NCBI RefSeq assembly: GCF_902713615.1
Contig: NC_052175.1
Coordinates: 9,775,271 to 9,839,270, forward strand
Origin: Scyliorhinus canicula
Lineage: Eukaryota
Length of the DNA stretch: 64,000 bases
Direction of reading: 5' to 3'
The translations under genes and the position numbers were made by a program. The notes beneath the pieces are model-generated. The model was not told where the DNA came from, ran no database searches, and saw only the letters and a list, made by a program, of their open reading frames with translations. This document shows, one piece after another, positions 23,547 to 35,076 of this stretch. Each line of letters begins with the position of its first letter. The stretch's first letter is position 1.

Positions 23547-24493
23547 TCAGACTGTGCCACAGAAAATGCGTAAAAATGTTAAAACGTTTTGAGGCCTTCT
23601 GACTGAAAAAAATTGGTAATTATTGAGGGGATATTTCACTCCATTCTTCAGCTCATGTCTGAATTTCTTCTGCGTAAACGCATATATGAACGTGTTGGTG
23701 CAGCAACTCAAGAGCTGAAGCATGAACCCTATTTCACGAACAAATGTTGGCAGGGGAACTGGAAGCCCCAAGTAATCGAGTCGTGTCAATACAGAACACA
23801 CCATGAAGACGACCCACAACACTATGAAATTGCCCGAAATCACAAACAGTAAAATCATGGACTTCCTTCGGCTCCTCATCTCTGGGTCACTGGTACGGTC
23901 CCCACTGCTCTGACACTGGAGTCGGCTGCGAGACCTGTTGGCCACGATAATATTTTTCACCGTCAATGCATTGAACAACAGTATCAAAACAAATGGAACT
24001 AAAGGATTTAAAACATAATGAATAAATTCAATGATGGACCAGACCAACGAGGTAAGTACAGGAACCCTTATGATGCAAAACCAAGGACCGTTGGAAAGTG
24101 AATATTCACTTGTGTACATAAAAAAACAGAAAATGTTCTTCAAACAACTTATTGCAGTCACTGCCCCAAGGACAATAGAGGCTGTCTTCGCAGTGCAGTA
24201 TTTAGTTTTCTGTTTTTGAGAATAGATTGCCACAAAGCGATCAAAGGTGAAAGTGACGGTGAACCAGACAGAACAGTCAGTGACAGCATAAAGCAGAACG
24301 GCATGATAATTGCAACTTCGAACAAAGTGCAGAAACCTCGATTGCTCACGATAAACGATAGGAATGTGCCTCAGGATCAGATCCATGACAACAACCAATA
24401 GGTCCGCTGCTGCCATCGCAACCAGATAGCTTGTAACACATTTAGAGAGGCCACACTTACCACGACAGATGACCACAATCGTCACCACGTTAA
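23547..24493 (-). CDS. GPCR exon 2
   Basis: Acceptor tttgtgctttcag|TTAAC, then 947 nt open to the stop codon. Confidence 0.88.
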
Positions 24494-27400
24494 CTGAAAG
24501 CACAAAGAGAATGAGGAGTTATCCCCCACAATGCCAAAATATTAAAGTATTTCCCATGAACCAAGGCAATAGTTTCAGTAATATGCATAAGTATATTCTT
24601 CACAAGCCATTATTATTCGTCAAAAACCTGCAGTGATGAAATATAGTATTGCAGAATATTTCACAACAAAAATGGAGTCATGGAGATCAATTGTGTAATC
24701 AATGAAATCAGTGTAATAAATCACACAAATTAAACAGGTCTTCAAATGTATTGTGAAATTACATAGAATTCGAAGAGATTAATTAATTTCAAATAAAAAG
24801 AAACCAATCTGCTGGACTTCATCTGACTAACCACAGAAGACCAGGGACAGGTTGCAATCGGTCATTCATGATTCAGGCATGGAGGGAACTCTCCCAGAAA
24901 ATATTGTGGAGGAACACGCTCCACTTTTACAAACCTCAGCTCTAATAAAGCTCTCAGAGGGAGAGCTGGATAATACGCCCGTGTCTTCTATAAAACGTAG
25001 GTTAGTCTATAAACCGTTGGTCATCCCACAGCTGGAATTTTGTCTGCAATTTTTCAATCCGCATTATAGGAGGAATATGAGTGCCGGTTCGGGAACATGG
25101 GGGATTCACAATGATGCTGCATGGGTTGGAGCATTCTAGTTCTGAAGAGAGATTTGATAGGCTGTTTGTTTTTCGTAGAGAAGAGGAGACTGAGGGGAAC
25201 ATGATTGCCATGTATAAAAGAATGAGAGGCATAGATAAATTAGACAGATAGAAACATTTCCCATTGCTGGAGCGAGCAATGACCAATGGGGAACATATTT
25301 AAGGTAAGGGGCAGGAGGTTTAGAGGCTACCTGAGTAAAATAATTTTCCTCCAAAGGGTGGTGAGTGTCTGTAACTCACTGCCTGAAATGGTGGCGGTAA
25401 CCCTCGTGACACTTAAAAAAGTATTTAGATGTGGATCTGAGACGCAAAAGCTAAGTGCGGGAAAATTGGATTATAATCTGGTTGTTTTCTTCATATAATT
25501 GCCTGAGAGGGAAATACACTATTCCAAAGAATTCCTATTGTGCTGAAGCAGGTAATTCGTCCCAGCAGATATGCAATGACCCTGAAAAATCGCAGCCCTT
25601 GTTGGACCACTCTCCCACCATATCCCGATAACCCTATCTAACCTGCAGTCTTTTCAAACTGAGGGTCAGTTTAGCATGTTCGAAACACCGAATTTGAAGA
25701 TCTTCGAACAGTGGAAGAAATCGAGAGCACATGGGGTTAACACACAAACTCCGCACAGTCACCCAATGCCGGGATTAAACAGGCAGCAAGTTTTACCACT
25801 GTGCCACCGTACAACCTCTTCGAATGCAGCTCTCAGCTCCAATTTAGCTCTCGAAGAGAGAGCATTCGAAGATCTTAGCTCTGAGAAATGTCGTTATTCT
25901 GGCCTCAGCAACATATTTCGGGGGAGCCTGGAGAAAACGTACAATTTTGCCACATTCTGTGTGAATGCAGCAGTCCTTTCTGCTTGCAGATCTGAAAAGC
26001 TTATCTGTCCACCTTAACAGCTTTGAACACCGTACATACGATTTAAAATGAGCAAGTAACGTAGAAAAGGAAAACTGGTTTTCCGTTCATGAACATTTCT
26101 CACTTTCTGTGTTCACACACGTACTGCAGCAAATATACTTAGGGCATTGAGCACTCCTGTAGAATTAAACAATTCAAACCTTCCCATTGTAATGGCTGCA
26201 CCATTTTGCATCCGGCTACAACAGATCAAATATGCAATCCCTCTATATGCTTCATGCTAGAGGCCAGAACCATTTTGAACCTTGATTCTATATCATTTAC
26301 CAATTTATAGAGAACCACAGAAGAACCATAGAATAATCAGAGTGCACAAATAGACCATTCGGCGTATCGAGTCTTCATTAATTCTCTCACAGAACACCTT
26401 ACCGAGGCCCACTCCATTGCCTTCGCCCGAAAATGCACCTAACCTAGATATCTTTGAACGCAAAGGAACAATTTTTATCCAATCCGCCTGATCTACGCAA
26501 TTTCTCGCATGGAAAATCCACCGAAGCTGAATATCTGTGGACTGTGAAACCAACGCAGACACGGGGAGAAAATGCAAACTCGTCTCAGTCAGTCACTCAA
26601 CGCCGGACTTGGAACCGGGTGCCTGGCACTATGAGGCAGCAGTGCAAACCATTGTGCCACTGTTCTAGTCCTATAATGTCACACCATTTACAGTGCAGAA
26701 GGAGGCCATTCGGCCCATCGAGTCTGCACCGGCTCTTGGAAAGAGCACCCTTCCCAAGCCCACCGTATCCCCATAACTCAGTATTCCCAACCAACACGAT
26801 GGGCAATTTAGTATGGCCAATCCAACTAACCTACACATCTTTGGACTGTGGGAGGAAACCGGAGCACCCGGAGGAAACCCAGGCACACACTGGGAGAACA
26901 TGCAGACTCCACACATACAGCTACCCAAGCCGGGAATCGAACCGAGGACCCTGGAGCTGTGAAGCGGTTGTGCTAACCACTATGCTACCGTGCTGCTCTA
27001 TATATTAACAACATATAAAACACAATTGAGAATGTCATTTTTGCTCCGTCTCCTGCACGCTGAATCAGAACAATTGAAACATCTACAAAATTCTTGATTA
27101 CTATGGCAAAAAGAGGGTGAAACCGCAGAATAGTATCAAGAACGTTATTAAAAATAGTCAAAAGGACATATCATATGCCAGCCAGAAGCGTAGGCGCATC
27201 AGTCATTTTAAATAAAACAGGCCAAGAGCTTAAACATAATGAACAATTGCTTAAAATTGGAAGTGTGAGAATTCAGACAACGAATCACACAATGTTGAAA
27301 TCCAGAAAAAGGAAGCTGCTGGAAGAATGTTCAATGTTCATTAACCTGGTAGCAATGATATTTTCAGCAGAATGATTACAGCATGCTGAATATGGGACCA

Positions 27401-28812
27401 GATGAGATCAGAGGCAAATTTCCCGACCAACCCCTGTCTCCGTACTTACAGCAAACTGGGAACACTTAATGAAGCACGGAGTAGTTGGACAGAATTCAGA
27501 AATGTATCTTATTATGGGCGACTCGTTGGAGTTTAGAAGGTTCAGGGGGATCTCATTGAAATATCCAGGATAGTGAGAGACCTTGAAATAGTGGACATGG
27601 AGAGAATGTTTCCACTTGTAGACAAAACAAGAACCCGAAGGCACAGACTCAGACTGAAGGCACGATCCTTTAAAACAGAGGTGAGAAGGATTTTTTTCAG
27701 CCAGAGGATGGTGAATCTGTGGAACACTGCCGCAGGTGGTTGTGTACTTTAAGACAGAGCGAGATAGGTTGCTGATTAACATTGGGACCAGGGGTTATGG
27801 GCGAATGCAGGATTATGTGGTTGAGAAACGTCTCAATCACCAATGAATGGGCGTGCCGGAGTTATTGGATGACTGTGCTAATTCTGCTCCTGTGTCGTAT
27901 GGTCTTCTGGTCTTATGCACATCAAGGCGTATTAACCATTGTGTTCACATGAGTGAATGGGAGTTGACGCCAGTGCAACACAGCCCATCGTCAAATGTAC
28001 ACTTTAAGAAAGAATAGAGAAACGGGAGAAGAAGAAAATGTTATATGAAAAAGAGGAAGAGAGTGAGAGAGTAAGAGAGGGAGAGAGGGAGAGAGAGGGA
28101 GAGAGAGAGTAAGAAAGAATGAAATAAAGAAAGAAAGATAGAAAGAAAGATAGAAAGAAAGAAAGATAGATAGAAAGTAAGAAAGATAGAAAGAAAGTAA
28201 GTAAGAAAGAAAGATAGATTGATAGATAGATATACAGAAAGAAAAAATAAACCAAGAAAGAAAGATACATAAAAATAAATAAACAAGGAAATAAATAGAG
28301 ACAGAAAAAGAAAAAAGAGACATAGAAAGAAATAATTAAAGATGAGAAAGACAGAGAGAAAGAAATAAGAAAGAAATGAATAAAAATTAAGAGGGAAAGA
28401 AAGAAGGAAGAGAAATAGCAGAAACGTGAAAGCGAAAAGTTGCAGAAGTATAAAGAAAAAATATGCATAAGAAAAGGGCGAATGATAGAATGAGTGAAAA
28501 GGAAGAAAGAAATGGATGAACTCATAGAAATAAATATAAGTCGCAACGTCCAATCATTCTAAATAACTTTCGGGCCATGGAGGTATCTTTCGCATAGATT
28601 TACTGCCGTAATGTTAAAACATTTTCACTTTTGTAATTCAGGGAAAGCAAGAAAATAAATTGGATCTGTTAAAGCTTTAAGAGAGATAAGTACAAAACCC
28701 AGGTAATGGCTTACGTGGGACGCCGGTCGCGGCCAAGATGGGGAAGTAAATCTTTTCTATGTCATTAAGTGCCCAAAGAATCTTTGAGTTTCATCAGAAA
28801 ACTGAGAGCCAT
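23547..28812 (-). CDS. GPR139/GPR142-like class A GPCR, two exons, +1 frameshift in exon 1 (possible pseudogene)
   Basis: Exon 2 encodes TM1 C-half to TM7 (NVVTIV, MAAADL, FDRFVAI, NPLVPF, CCTNTFIY). Exon 1 ends IYFPILAATGVP C|gtaagc, giving a phase-1 intron inside TM1 as in GPR139. Confidence 0.82.
24850..25490 (+). mobile_element. Degraded CR1 3' fragment in the GPCR intron
   Basis: QLEFCLQFFNPHYRR remnant; agactgaggggaacatgattg motif. Confidence 0.6.
25640..26997 (-). mobile_element. Cluster of three HE1-type SINEs (about 25640-25810, 26320-26660, 26682-26997)
   Basis: Repeated ggaaacc..agcacccggaggaaaccca cores and cagtgctaacca heads. Confidence 0.75.
27400..27915 (+). mobile_element. 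CR1 3' fragment in the GPCR intron
   Basis: tttagaagg..aggggga tctcattgaaa motif and CR1-type tail. Confidence 0.65.
27995..28530. repeat. Polypurine (GA)n/(AAAG)n tract
   Basis: Direct inspection. Confidence 0.85.
28715..28812 (-). CDS. GPCR exon 1 (frameshifted)
   Basis: ATG at 28812 to the donor spans 98 nt, whereas phase 1 needs 3n+1. Removing one A from CTCAAAGATT restores MALSFLMKLKILWALNDIEKIYFPILAATGVP. Confidence 0.72.
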
Positions 28813-29632
28813 GTTGTCCTCAGTGAAGTGTGGCGAACTAGGTGTTGCTGTTGATAGTGGAAGAAATGATCCGCTCACGTTTGGAAAGAATGCCTTTCTT
28901 TATGAGGAGGGAGCGAAAGAAAAGTCAAGACCCGGGGTCCCATGATGCCTGGAGTTGATTACAGTCACTGAACAAACAAAGTTAACATCTAAAACTCTAA
29001 GGCATTAAACACAAAACCGGAATTTCCAAATGTACAATTCCCTGAAGACGGAGGAACAATGCCCCACAACTCTGAAAGGAATTTTCACAGTCGCCCGTTC
29101 TAAATTCAACTGTAAGGAGAAAGAGAGATTGCATCAAATCAAAACTTGAACAAACATTCACAAATTGTAGACGAATAACAAGTAAGAATCTTCACCAAAA
29201 ACATAGGAAAGCCATTTGAAGATTTTAAATCTGAGCACTATTTGCAGTGTGCGCCAAAGACAGCATCCGAGGTGCAATTGTCATAGATGCTGCCTGACCT
29301 GGTAATTTATTCCACAATTTCTAAATTTCATATCAGATTTCCAGCTTCTGAAAAAGTGGCCTCTCTTGACTCACACAATCGAGTCGTGAATTAAACACTG
29401 GTGGTTTAATAAAATTACATTAAAGGTGAATTAAAATTAACCTCCGCATTTGTTACAGACTGGTGGTTTAATAAAATTACTTGCTTTGCAGTAATATCTA
29501 TTTATTTAGTACACTGCAGGCAATGAGTGAGAAGGGAAGAAGGAAAGTATATAGGGGACCGAGTAAAGAGGGAAGAAATGAAAGAAAGCAGTGGCACGGG
29601 ACGGGAAGAATGAAGGGGAAAAGGAAGAAGAA

Positions 29633-30010
29633 AGAAAGAACAAAGAACAATACAGCACAGGAACATGCCATTCGGCCCTCCAAGCCTGTACTGGTCATGA
29701 TACTAACCTTGGCCAAAACCCTAAGCACTTCCTTGTCACGTATCCCTTTTTACCCATTCCATCCATGTATTTGTAGAGATACCTTTTTGAACGCCGTGAA
29801 TGTATGTGCTTCCACAACGTGGCAACGTGATCCAGGCACTCACCACCCTCTGTGTAAAAAACAAACGACCTCGCACATCTCCTCGAGACATTGTCCCACG
29901 TACCTTAAAGGTATACCCCCTGGTGACTGACTCCTCTACCGTGGGAAAGAGTGCCTGCCCATCCACTCTATCCATACCCCTCATAATCTTGTGGATGTCG
30001 GTCAGGTAGG
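29633..30010 (-). mobile_element. CR1 3' fragment
   Basis: MRGMDRVD..RGYTFKV..FTQRVV; (AAAGAAC)n tail. Confidence 0.7.
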
Positions 30011-30137
30011 CCCCCGCCCCTCCCCAACCTCCGTCGTTTTAATGAAAACAGAGCGTAGGGAGGGTGGGACGGAGGGAGAGAGACAGGAAGGAAGGGCGGA
30101 AGGATGGAAGTAAGGAACGAAGGATGGAAGGAAGGAG

Positions 30138-30457
30138 TCATAGAACAGATAGTGTAGAAGGAGGCCATTTGGCCCATCTAGTCTGCTCAGACCACATTTA
30201 GCCCTCGCTTCCACCCTATCGCCATAACCCAATAATCCTGCCTAACTTGTTTGGACAATAAGGGTAATTTAGCAAGCACAATCCACCAAACCTGCACGTC
30301 TTTGGACTGTGGGCGAAAACGGGAGCACCCGGAGGAAACTCACGCAGTCACGGGGAGAACATGCAGACTCCGCACAGATAGTGACACAGCGGGGAATCGA
30401 CCCTGGGCCCTGGCGCTCTGAAGCCACAGTGCTAACCACTGTGCGACCGTTCCACCC
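30138..30457 (-). mobile_element. HE1-type SINE
   Basis: Core and head motifs as in the other copies. Confidence 0.85.
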
Positions 30458-31174
30458 ACGAAAGTCTTGGAAAGGCACACATGCAACCAAAGCATAGCTT
30501 TTCTGATTAAAAAGGAACAACCATGCAAACAACAAGAGTTTCAGAGACTATATACCTTCTGTTGATCCAAATTTATTTAAATGTCACTGCTTGCATAAAT
30601 CTTTAGAAAATATTTGCAGTCTTGAAACTGTATAGTAGCCATAGACGTTATAGTTAATTTAGTGATGTAACAATCTTTTGGATGAATGCAATCTAAATGA
30701 TGTTGAAAATTATGCCACAATATAGCTCCAAGGCATTGTAGATAATAGTCCACAGATGTAATATTTGGTCAGTAACGTGTTTTGACCCGAAAGAAAGAAA
30801 ATGAATCTGCCTGGGAGTACTGAAGATTGTTGCTCAATACCACAGATGTTTTGATGTCAGTGCCATTTATGCCTCTCATTTTCCATCGACAGAGGAAAAG
30901 TGAGTTTGTTTAGTTCCAAACAGAGCCTGACATTCATTCATGTAAGCCGGAAAGTGGAAAGAGGTGAAGAAAGAAAGTCAGTTTGATCAAACATTATCAT
31001 ATGTATTATCAGACAAATTGTTATATTCTTTGCTCAAATTGCCATTATATTTATTCAGATTGAACTGGTTCCAAACGGGTTGATGGCCTTCTTACTTCGT
31101 GATTTCGTCCTCCAATATTTCCTTCACTCATCCCTTCCATCTCTCCATCAGTTTATCCGGATTATGTTTAACTC

Positions 31175-32095
31175 ACCCAAATGCCTCTAACTGGAAGGAA
31201 GGAAGATGGAAGGAAGGCAGGAAGGAAGGAATGAAATACGGATAACGGAAGGAAGGAAGGAGGTAAAAAGTGTTATCAGGATGGAAGGAATAAAGGAAGT
31301 CAATGGGGCACGTTGGAAAGTATGGAAGGAAGGGTGGTGAAGGCGGTAGAAAGAGGAGAAAAGGATAGAAGCAGCGAAGTAATGAAGGAATTATGGAAGT
31401 AAAAAAAGAAAGAAATAACAAAGGAACTAACGGATGTACAAAGAATTGAGGCAAGCAACGTGGGAGTAAATTAAATATGTCAGTAAACAGGGATGAAGGA
31501 AGGATAGATGGAAAACGCAGAAGAGAGTTGAGAAGGAAGGAGGGGTGATAAGGTGGGAGGAATAATCGTAAAAGGGAAGGGGCGAAGGCAGTGACGAATA
31601 AGGGTCAGAAGGGCGGAGAGAAACATGGTTGGAAGGAAGGAATGAGTGAAGGAAATATTGGAGGACGAAATCACGAAATGAGAATGGAAAACGGAGGAAC
31701 GGAAGTGAAGGGAAGAATGGTTGGATCGAATTCTGAAAGGATGGAATGAAGGAGGAAAGGAAGGTAATGTGACACGAAAGATGGAAAGACACAAGAAGGA
31801 AAGTTTGGAGGGAAGGGAGGGTGGAGGGAAGGACGTGCTATGGAGTGGTAGAAGGAAGTGGGATGGAAGCAGGATCGGAGAATGGGAAAGAACAAGAAAG
31901 ACAGATGGTAGGGAGGAGTGAAGGAGGAAAGAAAGTTAGAGTATGGATTAAAGTGAATAATGAGGAAAGCAGGGAGAGGAGCTGGGAATAAGGGATGATG
32001 AGGAGGAAAGATGAAAGCAAGCAAGAATATGCGAATGAAGGTGTAGGTGTTTTGGAGAAAATAAAGCGTGAAGGGAGGAGGGAAGGAAGGTGCAA
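31175..32095. repeat. Polypurine (GGAA)n-rich tract
   Basis: Direct inspection. Confidence 0.85.
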
Positions 32096-32219
32096 ATGAC
32101 GTAAAGTATTTGAAGATGGAATTGAAGTTTGTTTTCGGAGAATAAGTAGAAAATATCCTTCAAGAGCTGTAAAATGGGCTCGATCAATCCACTAAAGAAC
32201 AAAGTCAGAGCACCGTTGA

Positions 32220-32910
32220 CCACGCTTCATGCCAGCGAAAGATAGACAGGCTCCTCTCGTTACTTTCAGTCCAGAATGGTTTAATGTGTGCCTTCGGGAC
32301 AGATGAGACAGATGAGGAAGGGATGGCAGATTGGGCAGAGTTAACTGAAAGCGAGAAAATGTAGGTTATAGGAACGGAAAGCCAAAAGCAGCCGCCACGC
32401 CAGCCAAAAGGAAAGGCACCGGGAGCACCGGCCGCACAAACCCTCACAGCTGCCCCGATACCCATGAATCGGGTCACCACGGAAAGAAGTATAAGGGATC
32501 AGGTAGGTCCAGATATCATCTAAACCACCCACTTTCCGTAACTCAGTTAACGGAAGCTTTCATTAAAATTATTCCATTTCAGCCCACCGCAGACCCGCAT
32601 ATCTTCTTTGAAGTGCTGCGCCAACAAAGGTCATGTCCGGATTAGGTGATAGGGACGAAGTTAAATTGATAGTAAGGAGCCTCAGACAGTCGGTAACGTC
32701 AGCTTTGCCAGAACCCCAAAACGATGGAGGAGAAACCTGAGAGAAAATGAAGGCCGCAATATTAGATGTATCGGATACAACAAAGGGGAACCGGTAGAGG
32801 GTCTAAACAATTGTAGGCAAAAGAGAGGGTAACATCCGACCGCCTTTGCTGGTCGCCAATGGATACATTTCAAGGCATTATACGGAAAATTCCATGAGGA
32901 AGACGCTACC
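32220..32910 (+). mobile_element. LTR-retroelement Gag (capsid-like) relic
   Basis: Frameshifted translation IPFQPTADPHIFF/GLGDRDEVKLIV..SALPEPQ/GYNKGEPVEGLNNCRQKRG*HPTAFAGRQWIHF contains an MHR-like QxxxExxxxFxxRL motif. Confidence 0.5.
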
Positions 32911-32939
32911 ATACCATAGTTTCACAGGCTACCGAATCA

Positions 32940-34725
32940 GGTAAAAATTCTTGCGCGAAGCATGACCCGGCAGATGTCACACATAATGAGATTTGCGTAC
33001 ATACTGTAGTATGATATGGGAGCTGGCTGATCTCATTGTGAACGGCAGTGACCACATCTGCAGCAAGTGTTGGTTGCTGGAAGAACTCCGGATCGGAATT
33101 GATGACCTGGAGTCTGAGCTTCAAACTCTGCGGCACATCCGGGAGGGGGAGATTTACCTGGACGTTTCGCTTCAGGAGGCAGTCACACCCGGTAGATTAA
33201 GTAATTCAAATTCAGTAAGTGTTCAGGAAAAACAGGGTGGGATTGTAAGTGAGGCAGGTAGGGGGATTCGGAGTTCAGGAGTGCAGAAGCCTCAGCCCTT
33301 GACCTTGTCCAACAGATATGAGATTCTTGCTCCCTGTGCAGATGAGGAAAAGGGCTGTGGACAGGATGAGCCAACTGACCATGGCACCATGGTGCAAAAG
33401 GCCATTCAAGAGGGGGGAACAAGAAGACAAGTAGTTGTTATAGGGGATTCTACAATTAGAGGGACAGATAGTATCCTTTGCAAGCCGGATATGGAGTCCC
33501 GCATGGTATGTTGCCTGTCCGGTGACAGGGTGCGGGACATCTCCGACCGGCTTGAAAGGGTACTGGAGCTGGAGGGGGAGGATCCAGTTGTTGTGGTCCA
33601 CGTTGGGACTAACAATATAGGCAAGTCTATGGTGGAGGACCTGTTTGAGGATGATCAAGCACTTGGAAGGAAATTGAAGAACAGGTCCTCGAGGGTCATA
33701 ATCTCCGGATTACTGCCCGAGCCACGTGCTAATTGGCATAGGGATAAGAACGTTAGGAAAGTAAACACCTGGCTAAGGGATTGGTGTGGGAAAGAGGGAT
33801 TCCATTTCATAGCGCATTGGCACCAGTTTTGGAACCGGGGGGACCTGTACATTTGGGACAGTCTCCACCTGAACTGATCTGGAACCAGTGTTCTCGCGAA
33901 AAGGATAAATAGGGTGGTCAGTTGTACTTTAAACTTCTGAGTCGTGGCGAAGGGAAAGGGAAAGCGACAGGGAGTAGGGAGTTAAATGGAAGGATAAGCA
34001 GCAGGTTAGCATGTGTGCAGGTGGGTTTAAGTTCAAGGCAGGCTAGGAATGAAGCAAAATGGAAGGATAACGTAGGACAGCTCATGATGTCCAATTCCTC
34101 TAATAATGATAAGAAAGACAGCATTAAGACACTTTACCTGAATGCTCGTAGCATTCGTAACAAAGTTGATGAATTAACGGCACAAATCATCGCGAATGAA
34201 TATGACTTGATATCCATTACGGAGACATGGTTGCAGGATGGTCACGACTGGGAGTTAAATATCCAGGCGTACCAGACGTTTCGGAGGGATAGACAGGTAC
34301 GTAAGGGAGGTGGAGTAGCACTAATAATCAAGGACGACATCAGGGTGGCATACAGGGATGATATAGGTTCTATGGAGAATGAGGTTGAATCCATTTGGGT
34401 AAAAATTAGAAATTCTAAGAAGAAAAGGACACTGATAGGCGTAGTCTATAGGCCACCAAATAAGAGCACCACACTGGGACGGGCAGTAAATGAAGAGATA
34501 ACTAATGCCTGTGAAAAGGGCTCAGCAGTTATGGGAGATTTTAATCTGCATATAGATTGGTCAAATCAGCTCGGTCAGGGTAGTCTTGAAGAGGAGTTCG
34601 CTGAATGTATGTGGGATAGATGTCTGGAACAATATGTAATGGAACCGACGAGAGAGAAAGCTATCCTAGACCTGGTCCTGTGTAATGAGGCAGGAATAAT
34701 TAATGGCATTATCATAGAACATATT
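32940..34725 (+). mobile_element. CR1 LINE 5' half: ORF1 (Zn-finger + SGNH esterase) and ORF2 APE endonuclease, 3'-truncated
   Basis: CSKCWLL, VVIGDS, VHVGTNN, DSLHLN; YLNARSI, ITETWL, GGGVAL, VYRPP, MGDFN. Confidence 0.9.
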
Positions 34726-34990
34726 ACACAGTGAGTGTGAGGGACACACAGTGAGTGTGAGTGTTACACAGTGAGTGTGAGGGACACACAGTGAGTGTGA
34801 GGGTTACACAGTGAGTGTGAGGGACACACAGTGAGTGTGAGGGACACACAGTGAGTGTGAGGGACACACAGTGAGTGTGAGGGACACACAGTGAGTGTGA
34901 GTGTTACACAGTGAGTGTGAGTGTTACACAGTGAGTGTGAGGGATACACAGTGAGTGTGAGGGACACACAGTGAGTGTGAGTGTTACACA
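34724..34990. repeat. 20-bp minisatellite (GGGACACACAGTGAGTGTGA), about 13 units
   Basis: Near-perfect units with gggacac/gtgttac variants. Confidence 0.92.
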
Positions 34991-35076
34991 GGGCACGTCG
35001 TGTCTCACTAAGTTGATAGAGTTTTTCGGCGATGTCACAAAGATGTACCTGATGCAGGTAGGGCAGCGCGTGTTAC

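Noticed and set aside
27991-28553. Phe/Leu/Ser-rich 110-180 aa ORFs
   Set aside because: Translations of a GA/AAAG microsatellite; the same applies to 31173-32095.
34724-34990. CRISPR-like array
   Set aside because: Contiguous tandem units without unique spacers, in eukaryotic DNA with no cas genes.
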